A stretch of 64,000 nucleotides of DNA from Hydrolagus colliei (taxonomy: Eukaryota): NCBI GenBank assembly GCA_035084275.1, contig CM068755.1, positions 7,564,001-7,628,000 on the forward strand, given 5' to 3'. Position numbers and translations under genes: made by a program. The notes beneath the pieces are model-generated. The model saw nothing but the letters and a program-made list of their open reading frames with translations, searched no databases and was not told the origin of the DNA. Below, in pieces: positions 25,077 through 38,127 of the stretch (position 1 is the stretch's first letter; every line of letters begins with the position of its first letter).

Positions 25077-25660
25077 TGCGTATAGTGTATTGGTTAGAGC
25101 ATTCGCCCCGCAAGTGAAGAACCTGGGCAGTGAATCAAACCCGGGAATCACCTTAGGCAAGATTCCATACTCCACATGTATCTTTTTATCTAGCAGTAAG
25201 TAACAACCCGGTTGCTAGTCAATTGGTAGATTAGTTTCTGGGGGTAATAATCACTTCAACTATATACAGTAAATGCCCGTTTATCCGGCACCCTCGGGAC
25301 CTGTCCAATGCCAGTTAAAGCGTGTGCTGGATATTCGGCCAAAAACCCCTTCCCCCACTCTCCTGCGCCCAAATTTTTTTAATGCATTTTTCCAGATAAA
25401 TTCCGGTTATTCGAATGTGGACCTTTTTTTTGTGATGCCGGTTATACTGAAGTTATGGTTGATCGGGTGCCGGATATACGGCTTTTACTGTGTATATATA
25501 TATATATTTGATCTGGTTACTCAATCCACGATTATTTGTGGGACACTTCTGTGTGTAATTGACTGTCCCTTTTTGCCCACACAATATACAGTCACTTTGT
25601 GAAGTGGTTTGTAATGTCTCAACATGATAAGGCACTATATCAAATGCAAGGATTATTGTT
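25077..25660 (+). mobile_element. tRNA-derived SINE with L2-like (ATT)n tail, interrupted by a MITE
   Basis: tRNA-like head (tatagtgtattggttagagcattcgcc), body shared with 21335-21598 and 39100-39399, and tail gataaggcactatatcaaatgcaaggattatt. Confidence 0.85.
25267..25490. mobile_element. Tigger/pogo-like MITE
   Basis: Imperfect TIRs cagtaaatgcccgtttatccggcaccc ... gggtgccggatatacggcttttactg, inserted in a TA run. Confidence 0.85.
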
Positions 25661-26914
25661 TAGAATCTCTGCACTGTGCTGCTACTATATCGATGGAACC
25701 TGTAATTCAATAGATGGCAACAATTCTCCTATAATGATCAAATTGCAGACAATCTCAGAAACCACTTCCAATCTCTGAGCAGGCATCTGCTAGTAGCAAA
25801 TTACATGTTAGCTACCCAGATGATATTAGTCATCCCAAACTTAATTTTTCTATATATATATCACATTTTAATTAATGGTTTAGTAAAGGCATTCAGATGC
25901 CAATGTTTGACATATGAACGTCTCACAGTATTAATTATCCTCCAGCATTTGATATCACTTAGAGAGGAGGCAACTTATTTTCACATTAATTAGATGGTGG
26001 TGGAGGTTCAGTCAGTGACCCACTTGTCTGTTTACTGCTGTTTCAAACCACTTTGTTAGTCATGCTTTCAGATTCTAAATTGTACTACATGTATTTGGCG
26101 CTTGCTGATGTAAAAAACTATGTCAGTTTCTTCAGTAAGAGCACAAATAATCTTGGATCTCAAGACTAAGCATACCTTGATCACAGTTCCCAATGCCAAG
26201 CCCAGATTGATGACTGATAATTGCCTGGGCAAAGACGCATCCTTGGTCCAAGGCTCAAAAATGGTCTGATCCCAGGGTGTAGCTTAATGCCAGATCCCAG
26301 CATCTGTGACTAGATGTACAATGTGTAGGATCTCAGGATCAGGGATAAACTGATCTGGGATAGCGTGACCATATCTGAGTTGTCATTTGATCCCAGAATT
26401 CTTGCAGGTCATTTCCTGGTGGTTCTTTGGATAAAAGCACCAAATAGAGTGGAAGGATCAGAGGACACCAGGAAAATCACAGATGTGAGTGGAGTTTGTG
26501 TACTTCTGCCAGGCAGGCATTAAGGCGATTACACTCCATCTTGATGTTCCCGGGCCAGGGAGGTGTCAGGTCACTCCGTTTTCCCCTTCTGAATATTATC
26601 TTGCGACCCTTTCTTAGAAAATAAGATTGGTAAAAACTAGGAATGGGAAATAGAGAATAGAAATAAAAAGGCATTTTACACAGAAGGTGCAGTGAAGTGA
26701 AGCGGTAAGGGGGAGGGTGAAAATGCTCCCACTGGAAGTGGGGTGGAGTGGGAGGTGGGGGGAAGGGAAGAAGAGCAGTGTGGTTAAAGAGTGCAGACAG
26801 TCCTTGACACAGGCTACACCACTTCAGAATCTTTTCTACAGGGCTCGTTTGTGAAGATACTGGCATCCAGCTCTGTGAGATATTCTGGGGAATCAGTTTA
26901 TTTCAGCGTGTGTG

Positions 26915-27055
26915 TGGATTTCCCGTAAGCAGAGCCAGCCATTGGAAGATGCCATCTTCAGATCATCGACTGACGGAAGCCCTTCCTATTAGAGCTGAGC
27001 AGTTACCCTGGTAACGACTCCAGAGATGCAACTCGAAGCACGTCTTGGAAAGCAA
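26915..27055. promoter_or_regulatory. Promoter/enhancer-like motif cluster with RFX X-box
   Basis: GTTACCCTGGTAAC at 27002-27015, ATTGG at 26941, GCCATCTT at 26951 (YY1-like), CGGAAG at 26974 (ETS), and locally retained CpGs. Confidence 0.4.
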
Positions 27056-30000
27056 ATGAGCTTTGCTTTGTGATTCTTGGGTCAATTCAAACTGCTTTTT
27101 TAAAAAAAAATGTCTAGCGCTCTGAATTTTCAATCAAGTCGCTTTGTACATCACAGCAACGTGTGTTTTGCCTGGTAACAGTAACTAGGCACATAGTAAA
27201 TTTTACCCTGAATCAGGAGGCACATAATCCAGGCCTCATAGGGAGAAGTTCAGAAGGGAGGAGTTGGGGAGAAGTTCAGACCTCTGTTAAAAAAACGATC
27301 ATCCAGTCTGTTAACCGTGATTGCATCATAAAACACTTCAATTTCCCCTCATTATTGCTTTACTTTTTATGAGGTTCATCCAAACCTGAATCCTGATCCC
27401 ATACCTCCACTCTCCGGTAAAACGTTGCCTGTTTACCCCTTCCTCTCATTCCCCTACCCGACTGGGTTGTAACGCTGTTTAATGTTAACAGGCCCAGCAA
27501 TATCTCCTCCAATACAGTATGTTTGAATTGAATGGTTTCCTGGGACCTTATTAATCCCCATCACTGTCTCCTTGGGTAATGAATAGAAGAAGCTGGGGGA
27601 GATTGCCAACAATAACTCGCACTTATATTGCTCCTATCATATAAACGTGTGTCATTGGGGAACACTGAGCCCAGAGGAGAGGAAGGAGAATTTAAGTGCA
27701 TTGACCAAAGGCACGCTTAAAGAGTGGTTTTCATGAGCAGTTTCAACCCATTCCTGCCATCAGTACAATCACTGAATCCAGACTAAGTCATTATACAACG
27801 AGCCTGAAGTTGGTCTCTCTGAGATGTCTGGCTCAGTCTCGCACTTTAATTCCATATATTTTGAGTGAGTGTTTTTGTTTTAGTGACATTTATAGCACTG
27901 GCTCCCCCTAGCTCATGATTAAATCTGGTATCACAAACATGACTGATCTCATGTGATTAGCTCATCCACTCTCTTAAACCCTGATGTGTCCTGCAATTTG
28001 GGCATTGACACGTTAGCCTGGCTTCCCAATTTAATTTGAAGGACATTTTATAATTTTACTACTTTTTCAGGGGGATTTGAAAGCAATATTAACACATTTA
28101 AAAGTATTTTTTTTTAAAAAAAGGTTGCATTGCCTTAGGTTTCCCTAGAAACTGCTTAAGTTCCCTGTCAATGCCTCACTTCCCAGGAGTGACTCTGACT
28201 TTATGTCTATCCTGCTCATTGAGATACGTTACATTCCGTGTCATGTACAATTCATTTGTTACAATAATTATACAACTAACATGTTATAAATCTGCATTAA
28301 TCATACAAATATGGACAGGTACTGGAACTTGTACTCTTTCATCCTCGCTCTTGCCTACTTTCACACCAAATTCTCCTGAAATTTAATTACTTTATATAAA
28401 TGAAAGATAAAGTCTGAGTTCACATTTGAAGAACATCCGCTTAATAACAGACGGGAAATGGGGGATACCTGTGGAGAGTTTTCAGCGCTTTGAAATCGCA
28501 AATCAATGCTTTCAGGAGAAGAAGGGCGAACATAGGAGGGAAAGGAAAAAAGGTATTCCCAATGTATTTTTTTTGATAATGACAGCCGCCAATGCTTCCT
28601 TTCTGTCAAATCTGATTTCTCCACTCCTGTGGAGCTTTTCAACACCACAGAATGGTTCCCTGTAGAATCCCCAGAAACAAATGCTGCCTCTCCAATTCTA
28701 ACATCGAGTTCTATAACCCATAAGAACTATGACAAGGTTTGCAGGGTGGATTGAGGTGCAGTGAGTCTGCGGATATTGCACCAACTGAATGCAAATTCGA
28801 GGTTAGATGATTGTATCCTGGAACAGGAAGTTGACATGTCTGTTGATGTGTATAAGTAGGATGTCCCTTGTCATTTGTCATTTTACATTAAAAGCCTCTG
28901 AAGAAAAGCGTCTGGGTCTTTCAATGTGCACTTGTTGCCAACCCCTCCTCTTCCTGACCCTGATGACTGAGGTAATTTGTGAAAGATGGTGATTTGCATG
29001 GTGCAGAGACAGTAGGTGTAACGGCTGGAGCAATGCCTAGTACTTGCTTTATACACTGGCAGCTCACTCTGCAGCAGGCACGGAGCTGACAGACTGCTAT
29101 CAACCTTATGAGAACTCATTGTTGGAAAAGTCAAAGACACAGTAAATATGTGGCTTGGGAAACCCCATGCCTCATCAGTGTTATATTTTTAGTTCCCATA
29201 ATTAATCTATGAGTAATTCTGCACAATGATCCCTGGGATCGGCCTATATGCTTTATAGACTTGTATAGCTTGACAGTCAGTTGATTGCTTCACTATGTCT
29301 CTGGGCAGTCGATGTATTTCTGTGCATCCAGTGTCTTTGGATGCTCAGCTTATTGTTCCACTAGGGCCAACACCTGTCAGTCCACATTGTGGCCAGTGGT
29401 AGGTTGCTCTTTATATAATAGTGTTGTTACTGTTCTGAATCCCCTGTGCCCAAACTCATGCCATTTACTTTAAAATAGTGTTGATTCATTTTGGATTCCC
29501 GTCCCCCCCACTCACCCACCCACACCCACCAACCCAATTAAAATGTAAACATGGGAACAGGAGTCACTGATCCAGTCCATTAAGGTTGCTGCTCTATATG
29601 TGTAATGAACATCTCCTAGTAGGTTGTACTATCCAATCGGTCGCTAAATAGTGGACTGGATTGTTCTCTGACAGTATTGCACTGAAAGGCTTAAAACCAC
29701 ACAGCGGATGTATTACTGCCTGTAGTAATTATACACTTAACGTAGAAGGTTCCAGAATTATTCCTCTGCAGGGACTGTAATTTGTGGTTTGCTGTATGTC
29801 ACATGATTTAGATAAATACTGGTTACCACAGTTGAGTTGCAGATGAGCTAAGAGGATGGTTTAGTTCCATCTCTAACATTTTTTTTCTGGGGGGGAAAAT
29901 AAATCTCTCCAGCAATTGAAACAAGATTTGATGGCAATTGCATTGTGCAACTGGGTCAGGCAGAACAGAAAGATTCTCGGGAGGGTAATCTCCGATCCAC

Positions 30001-31337
30001 TCCCTGAGTTATTTGCAAACTGTTCTCTCCTGAAGATACTGACTTGTGCTGGGGTCTTTTCCCTCACCCAGTCACCCCGCAAGATACGAGATTGTGTAAC
30101 AAGACAGTGTATCACCTGCATATTTGGCCAGGGGAATGTTGCACAGTGCACCGTCATGTAGAGCTATAGGTTAGTTCCCCTGGAACTAGGGAGAGATGTA
30201 ACGAGTATATTGCATGGCTATACTGAGCCATTTTTGGAGCGATTCTAAAATGCAAACCCTAAAGTACTACAGGTGGACGTCAAAGTCGAGCTTGAGCCCG
30301 TCTTGGTCTAATGTTCAATTTACTGCGGAAATTTCAATGTAATTATCAAAAGCAATAATCATTGATTCCCTCCCTTATCTCTACAGTCGTAGTCAGTTGT
30401 TAACACGGCCTGTTGCTCTGGCTGAGATCTGTTCATTCAGCACAAATTGAGAATTTAATTTGGGACCTCCGTAATATATGTGGCTCATTATCACACTCTA
30501 TCAACTAAGCTATTGTAAAGTGCCACTTCAGGGAATTTCTTTTTCAAAGTAAACCTTCCGTATCCTGCATCCGATCCAACCTGTAAAAGAGCAAAGAAAT
30601 ATTGCACGTGTGAGAGGAGTGCTTTTGCAGTTCTGTGCTTGTTGCTATAGCAAAGCCCAATGTGATGGAAAAAAAACACAAATGCACCTCGTACAGCTTC
30701 AGTCTCAGCCTGTTCATTCTCAGAACATGCCTCAAAACAACGAGTTGACACTTAACTATTAATGGGAGCCGGCTGTTTTGAATTTGTTGCCTAGATAGGG
30801 GCCAAGCTGTCCCCGAGTCAATTGGCCGTGTTCTCTCTGCAGTTGTTGGGATCGACTGCCTACTATTAGAGTTGTTCCTCTCTATACATATTTTTTTTAA
30901 AAAACTAATACTTACTGTCACTTGTCCTCTTTACTAGGAGGAACACATATAGATACATTATGAGGTGTACAAGGCTTTGTTTTGTGGAGTTTCTCCCCCA
31001 GAATGTGTTGGAGCTCGAATCTTCGGAAGTTTGGCTTTGGTTTGGAAGCAGAACAGTTTCCGCTCTGGCATTTTGCCTGAGTGACCACTCTTCATGGATG
31101 ATTAGAAGGTGAGTGCCAGCAATGCAATAATAGTGAGTGGCAGAATTGAACTGTTTTCAATACTGGAGTTGAGACAACAACAGTGGTGCCTGCTGCTAGC
31201 TCCACCCGGACATTCACACTTTTTTTTAATATAGGGGATGGGACAAAATAGTAACCCTGGTAGCTTTATTTTTCCTTCCCTAGCCTAAGAGTGCTCAGAC
31301 CAATTGCAGTTCAAACTGTTACCCCTACTTAATTCAT

Positions 31338-31468
31338 TAATTGGCTGCCATATTTTAACCACAAAATACACAGTCAATATTTTACAATATATTGTGAAGC
31401 TCTCTGAGGCGTCCCAAATATGTGATAGGGTGCTTTATCAAATGCAAGGCCGATTGATATTATTATTA
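31338..31468 (+). mobile_element. SINE 3' half
   Basis: Family body and tail. Confidence 0.7.
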
Positions 31469-31829
31469 ATATCTAACTCTGTATAGGACACAATTCAAAC
31501 CTACAGTAATGGTTCAGTTTCACACTGAGGAGTAAAGTGATCAAATGAGCTGCAGGAGGAATCCCTTGTTAATTGATTATCTCTACACTGTACAAGTTTA
31601 CCAATATGAAAATATATGAAGTTCTTTTCCATGAATGGACTGGTAAGTAAATGGTCTCATGTAGTACTGAGCCACACAGACCAGGAAAGCGCCTGGTTTG
31701 ATCACTGATGGCAACCTGAGTTTACAGTACTCTTGCCTCGCTGTCCAAAGGTTGTGGGTTCAACAACAACAGCAAATTATATTTGAATTGTGCCTTTCAC
31801 ATCAGGGGAATGACCCAAAGCGCTTGGTT

Positions 31830-32150
31830 CAGCTCCATATCCGGACTGTAAATTCATAATCTAGACTAACACTCCAATGCAGTGCTGGGGTAACAGCATT
31901 GTTGGAGGTGTTGTCTTTCAGGTGAGACATTAAAATGAACTCCCGTCTATTTCTCCAGCTGATATTGGCACTATTCAAAAACAAAGGAGAGTTTCTCCCA
32001 GTGTATCAGCCAACCAACCCCGAGATAAAAAGATACTGTAATTTTCTTCATGACTATTTGTGAGACATTGCTGTTTGTGGGACAATTTGCCTGCCACATT
32101 CACATTCAGATATACAGTCACTACACTTCACAGAAAACTGAAGCATTCTG
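31830..32150 (+). mobile_element. Deu-domain SINE
   Basis: ggaggtgttgtctttcaggtgagacattaaa...gagtttctcccagtg. Preceded by an antisense L2 tail at 31762-31825. Confidence 0.7.
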
Positions 32151-32919
32151 TGTGTTTCCTTGTGAGCACATGTGATCCGATCCCAGTCAACAGGATGTAA
32201 ACAATCAGATTAAAATGAATATTGGGTACTGAGTATCTGTAATTCAAGAGGAATAAATATGGGGAAAGAGCAGAGAAATTGGATTAGAGTGGATAGGACC
32301 ACATGAAACAATGGCACCAATTTTAGGCTGAATGACCTACTTCAGTGCTGTACTATTTATGTTCAGGAATCAGCCATGAATTTATGAAACTCATGAAAAC
32401 ATTAGCCAGAGCTTTGTTCAGAAGCCAGTCCCCCCCGAGGATAACATTCACAACTCATCTTTAAACAACTCCAGCTTCAGATGTTTAATAATTAGAATTT
32501 CCTCACAAATCTACAACCAACACTGAGAGCCCAATCTCCGAGGAGGAAACGCTGAGGGGCTGACAATTGAAGCAATTGGTGGAAAGAGCAATTGCAAGTC
32601 AGCGAGGGGCTCTTTTCAGGACTCTGAGAGATCGGCCTGCCAAATATGGCACTTAATTGGACAAAAACGATCTGTCTGGCTGTTGCAGTATTTATAGAGC
32701 TGTGTTAAGCAATATGTCTGTTTCTACCCATCAGTGTGCACTCACTGGCTTCACAATGACAGGTCAGACAGAAGCAGGGTAGGTTACATGAGGTCTCAAG
32801 AATGCTCAGTGATCTATGCAGTGGCAGCAGACTAGCAAAAATACAAGGCAAAGCTGTTGGAATATTAATATCAATTCTCAGGTTCCATATCTCTGCCATT
32901 TCAAGACTGTGTGTAGCAT

Positions 32920-33380
32920 TCACCTTCAAAGCCATCCACTGCCTTGCTCCTCCCTATCTCTGTGATCTCCTACAACAACAACAAAATTGCATTTATAGAA
33001 CGCTTTTCATGTTGGGAGCATGTCCTACATTCCCATTAACCCTTTCTGGCCTGCTTCAAGTCCTCCGCCCTGCCCACCCCATCCCACCATTGGTGGGTAG
33101 GCCTTTCAGCCTCTCTGACCCCACCCTCTGGAACTCCATCCTGCAGTTCCTCCGCCTTGCTCCATCCCTTGCCTCCTTCAGGAGCCATCTCAAGACTCTC
33201 CTTTTCGACCATGCCTTCAATCACACTGCTGCGCCTACCCTCCCTGCCCTCCCCTCCACCCCCTCCCCACCCACCTCCTGATCCCAACCACCAGCTTGGG
33301 TGTGGATCCCTGACTGTCCAGCACCTTGAGACATCCTCCTGACATGAAAGGCAGCGTGTAAATGTAATTTGTTGTTGTTC
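32920..33380 (+). mobile_element. L2 3' fragment interrupted by an antisense L2 tail (about 32972-33030)
   Basis: FKAIHCLAPPYL...PTLWNS...FRSHLKTLLF remnant with GTT tail. An internal caacaacaacaaaattgcatttata is in the opposite orientation. Confidence 0.8.
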
Positions 33381-33632
33381 AGGACTCAGTGGCCAATGCT
33401 ATCATTTCTATTTGGAAGAAAGTCAGTCACATATTCTATGCTTCAGCCTCCTTCCCCCACTGTCTTCGACCCTCTCCAAACTGTATCCCCAGGCTGGGTC
33501 CGGAATACTATCTGTCTAATGCCTTGGGACGTCCTCCCAACCTGAAAGGCGTTATACAAATGCAATTTTGTTGTTGTTGTCGTTGCATTATCATTTATAA
33601 TAATGCCAGGGTTTGATATAGTGTTTAATAAT

Positions 33633-34130
33633 AATTATCCAAAACTCTGCCGCCCGCATACTCACCTGCTCTAAGCTTCGCTCCCCCATTACCCCAGTCC
33701 TTGCCAGACTTCACTGGCTCCCTATCCCAGAGAGGATCGACTTCAAGATCCTCACCCTTGTTTTCAAACCCCTCCACTCCTCTGCAACCCCCTATCTCTC
33801 TGATCTCCTCTCCCCCCAACCCAGCACCCGCTGCCTTCGCTCCTCTGGGTCTGGCCTCCTCCATGTCCCCCGAATCCTCCGCTCCACCCTCGGCGGCCGT
33901 GCCTTTAGCCACTACGCCCCGAGACTCTGGAACTCCCTTCCTCACTCCCTTCACCTCACCCCCTCACTTCCCAGTTTCAGGTCACAGATGAAGACCTTTC
34001 TCTTCGACCAAGCTTTTGGTCACCTTTCTGCCCCTGCCCCTGGCTCGGTCCCTGGATCCGCTACTGTGAAGCTCTCTGAGACACCGCCCGGCATGGAGGC
34101 CGCTATATAAATCAAAGTTGTTGTTGTTGT
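33633..34130 (+). mobile_element. L2 3' fragment, third subfamily
   Basis: IQNSAARILT...LHWLPI..RIDFKIL-like coding remnant. Tail cggcatggagg..gctatataaatcaaa(gtt)n. Confidence 0.85.
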
Positions 34131-34384
34131 AATAAGCAGGGCTGTCAGAGTAGTAACCGTATTCATATTTATTCACTTTTAAAACAATTTTTATACTCTG
34201 CTCCAAAGAAGACAGAGAATGCTAACACATTACACAAAATATACAACCAGTACACTTTAATGTTAATCCAGGATAGTGTGTTGATATGTGTCAATGACGT
34301 AATAGCGCACTATGTAAAATGCGAGGACAATATAATGAATTCATTTTTGACAAAATGCTTTTAAACCCCCTTTAATTGCTCCTG

Positions 34385-34590
34385 ATGCTCTAGTGCAGTG
34401 CTGTGTGTGTGATGTGTTGCCAGAGGTGCTGTCCTTCAGATGAAACATATAGTTCCATCTGTCTGTCCAGACGGACATTAAAGATTCCATGTCATTATTT
34501 TAAAAAACAACGGAGTTTCTCCCAGTATCCTGGCCATCAAACTCCCAGATAAATGTGATCTCTCTTCATGCTTGTTTGTGGGACATTGGA
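34385..34590 (+). mobile_element. Deu-domain SINE fragment
   Basis: gaggtgctgtccttcagatgaaac...ggacattaaagattccatg...ggagtttctcccagt. Confidence 0.7.
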
Positions 34591-34714
34591 TATCATGTCA
34601 TGGTACAGATTGGGAGCTTGAACCCAGGAATCAAACCTGGGACATTTCAGCTCTGTATCCACTTTGTTCCATACTTAACAATGCATATATTTATTAGATC
34701 ACGGTATATTTTTG

Positions 34715-34848
34715 TGAGGTCAGGGCATTGCGGATGTGGGGCTAGGGCGGGTAAATGGACTTGAGGTACATATCAGCCATGATCTTATAACATGGCAGAA
34801 CAGGCTTGAGGTCTCAATAACCTACTCCTGTTTCTGTGTTTTTATGTT
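34715..34848 (+). mobile_element. CR1/HER1-type 3' tail
   Basis: atcagccatgatct....atggcagaacaggcttgagg...cctactcctgtt resembles the recalled shark CR1-family 3' end. Confidence 0.65.
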
Positions 34849-35437
34849 TCATTATCCCCCACTGAGCCACCAATGCAGTCTGAAAATTAATACTTTAAGC
34901 AATCCGGTTATCCGAGGTTGGAATGCAGTTAAGCAAAAGATTTTGTACCTTTAACAAACCAAAAAGCATCTGCAACAAACTCAATATGTCCTCACATTTC
35001 TCACCACGTGCTTTAACTGGGGAAATAATTTCGCATCCACATTTGCCGGCAGACAGTCCAGGAGTCTGGCCTCCTTCCAGATCAGTGTCAGAACACATTG
35101 GATGCCTTGCTAAGTACAGAAGGAAGAGCGGTCACATCAGTTCACATGAAATTTTTTTAAAATTTTAAATGACAGGCATTATCTGTAGTTAGTAGGATTC
35201 CGCAACATTTCTCTTCCATTGCTTGATTTTACTTGTCTCGTGGTGCTTGTACAGTATAGAGATAATCAATTAACAAGGGATGTAAGAGCTAGCTTCGGCA
35301 GCTCATTTGTTTACAATGTTTGCCAAACAGAAGGGAAGAAGTCATTCAGTCTATTCTAACTGTACTGGTGCTAGTTCCTCCACTGAAGCTAGCTATTCTG
35401 ACTCCAATACCTGCTCTTTTCCCGTACCCTGTAAGAT

Positions 35438-35562
35438 TATTGACTGCTGCCTTTCGCCCACAAACATACAGTCAATTCACTTCACAATATGTTCTGTGAA
35501 GCGCTTTTGAGACGTCTAGAAGACGTGGAAAGCACTATATCAAATGCAAGGATTATTATATT
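35438..35562 (+). mobile_element. SINE 3' half
   Basis: Family body and tail, immediately followed by the MITE at 35573. Confidence 0.75.
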
Positions 35563-35572
35563 AATTCTAGTA

Positions 35573-35722
35573 CGGTAAACCTCACATAAATCATATCAAT
35601 TGAAACTATACATTTAATATGAGTTAGGAAAATCTCAGTTATGTCAAAGAATATAAACACTTGAACGGGAATTGGGCAGATTTTATGATTTATACAGATC
35701 AGATTTATGCAAATGTTTACTG
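35573..35722. mobile_element. Second, older Tigger-like MITE
   Basis: TA|cggtaaacctcacataaatc ... gatttatgcaaatgtttactg|TA. Confidence 0.7.
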
Positions 35723-35739
35723 TATTCATCTAATTTCCT

Positions 35740-36150
35740 TCTAAATCTTAGATCAGTTTGAACAGACATTTGTGATGAGGTGTTTCATATTTTAACAACA
35801 GTGTGTTTAAAATAAATGAATCAAACCTCCCCTCTTTTTTTCTGGTGATGATCTTCAATTTATGCTCTCTCGAGATTGATTTACCAATAAACAGAAATAC
35901 CGGTCTCTTGTTATTTCTTTAATGGAAACTATTCAAAATAATTTTGAATACCTCTGTTAGATTCCTCCCTTAAGCTTCTTCGCTCCAGTCAAAACAATCC
36001 CAATTTTTCACATCTCCATATAATTATAACCTCCCATCTCTGGGATCAACCTGGTGAATCTCCACAGTAGTACCCTATTCAAAGCCATGATGTCTTCCTG
36101 TTTATAAAGTTGCCCCCATTATTATGCTCAGAGCTAACTATAATTCTCTA
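35740..36150 (-). mobile_element. Degenerate CR1 RT remnant
   Basis: aattttgaatacctctgttagattcctcccttaagcttct..ctcca pattern of antisense CR1 RT C-terminus. A similar piece lies at about 7660-7870. Confidence 0.5.
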
Positions 36151-36662
36151 ACTTGTTCTTTTGTTTTCTGAGACTGGAATAGTCTGATTTACCCATTAAG
36201 TGTTACCCAGCACAGCATTTTAATCTGATCATCTTTTAAGAATTACACGCTTAATAATACGATTCTCTTTTTTGTATTCATTACATTCTGTGTATTCAGT
36301 CAATTAACCTCTGCGTGATGCTGGGCCTTGGGCAGAGCTCAGCAGCGAGTGGTCTGAGGAGGATTAGCAGCACTGTTCTGGGGGTAATTCCCATCTGCTC
36401 CAACACACCAGAGACTCAGGAGAGCAGTGGAGATGCCAGCAACATCCAAGCTGTACCCAGACTATTTGTAACTGAGCAGCCATCAGTGGATCATCCTTTA
36501 TGTGGCCACTGAGGCTAATTGTGTGGTAAATGCAGGGTAATGGTGCTCATGTATACCACCCAAGTGGCAACATGTTATTTTGCATGTTCACAAAGATTTA
36601 CCCGCTATAGTACGCAATCCACTGTCATCTTTGCCCAGCTTGTTCAATGAAGTGATGGAGAG

Positions 36663-36815
36663 ATAATAATATTAGTAATAAGCCTTGCATTTGATATAAA
36701 GTTTCATTGAGACATCTCAAATCACTTCACTGTGCGTTAAGCGCTCAGAGTGAGTGTAAATGGAAGTTGTTGTTGTTGAATTGACTGTATATTCTGTGGG
36801 TGAAAGATATGTACA
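36663..36815 (-). mobile_element. SINE 3' half with a nested sense (GTT)n L2 tail at about 36735-36778
   Basis: The family tail on - is interrupted by aagcgctc...gtaaatggaagttgttgttg. Confidence 0.65.
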
Positions 36816-37297
36816 GCACATCAGTTTACCTGTTCCAGAATGTAAAATGATTAGCAGATTTGGCACAATATCACATGATGAAAGATGTCCAGCAGATGAG
36901 AAGCCTTCCCAAGTGTATAACTCTTCAAGGAGTTAAGATTGTTGTCTCCCTCCTTCCCCCCCCACTCCCCCACTCACCCTCACCATGTATTGTGATTTGG
37001 CAGAAATTATACTGGGATTTTTGCTATCAATCTGCTTCTCTATTGCAAATTGAAGAGTATGTAATATGTTTACATGGTGAAAAAATGGAGTAAAAGGATA
37101 TGTTTCAAACTCAAAAGGTAAGCAGATGGTTTAAATTCAATTATTGTACACAGAGAGTGATTAATATGTGGAACAGATTTTGAAAGATAGCCAGGGAAGT
37201 GGTGGAGGCAGATTGTGTTAGCAAATCGAAAGGGAATTGGTTACTTGGTAAAATAGAATCGTTTTTTTGAAAAAATATTTTACCTTTGGTTCTATGG

Positions 37298-37618
37298 TAA
37301 TAATAATAATCCTTGCATTTGATATAGCACTTTTCACAGCTTTCAGACATCTCAAAGTGCTTCACTGAATAAACTGTACAGTTTATTTGTGGAGGAATAC
37401 ATATATTTGTGGGGAAAACATGGCAGCCAATTGTGCATAGCAGTATCCCACAAACAGTTTGGATTGAAGTGACCAATTTATTATTGTTTTATTTTCTTGA
37501 GGATTATTATCAGGCATGTGGTGGAAGAAAACTTGTCCAAAGTTTGCCCTGCATGGAATTGAACCCAGGTATCTTACTTGTGAGGCGAGTTCTCTAGTCA
37601 CTGAGCTACAGGACTCCA
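37298..37618 (-). mobile_element. tRNA-derived SINE
   Basis: Minus-strand A-box TAGCTCAGTG and B-box GGTTCAATTCC, with the family tail ...tatcaaatgcaaggattattatta. Confidence 0.85.
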
Positions 37619-38007
37619 TGGTATTGTACGCCCCTCCCTAAACGTCTACTCTAATGTGGAAACTCAAATGTTGAGAATCCACATGTGCTGCAGGGTTTAT
37701 AGACACTTCACTGTGCTGCATTTCTGCTCTGTAATTACCATTCAAATTAAACTCAGTACTGTATATATAAACAGTCATGGATGAGACTATTCTCTCCAGC
37801 ACATGAACTCTTTCATCGTGGCACTTCTTTGTGTTGTATTTTATGAATAACCCCAGGCTTTTTGTTACTATTGCTTCACTTGGTACATAATTTGAAACCA
37901 AGATCAGTCTTTAAGAACCAAATTTGCTACCTGACTACCTAAATGCACTTAACACAAACTGTCATGCATGTAACTAATCCATTCTATGCCTGCTTTGAAT
38001 AATTCTA

Positions 38008-38127
38008 ATAATTATCATCATCATTGCATTTGATATAGTACCTTCTTACATTATTGAAACATCTCAAACCGCTTCACAGAATATATTGTATTGTAAAGTG
38101 GAGTGACTGCGTATTTTGGGGGTGAAA
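38008..38127 (-). mobile_element. SINE 3' half
   Basis: Family tail on the minus strand. Confidence 0.7.

Noticed and set aside
22032-26480. 17-mer GACACCAGGAAAATCAC present twice
   Set aside because: Not improbable in 64 kb, and the intervening DNA is not a single element, so it is not a convincing TSD.
28361-29140. Short overlapping ORFs in the intergenic region
   Set aside because: No homology and no consistent splice signals.
30555-30730. Pair of minus-strand exon-like segments (43 and 26 nt)
   Set aside because: Weak donors (gtgcat, gtttac) and no recognisable product.
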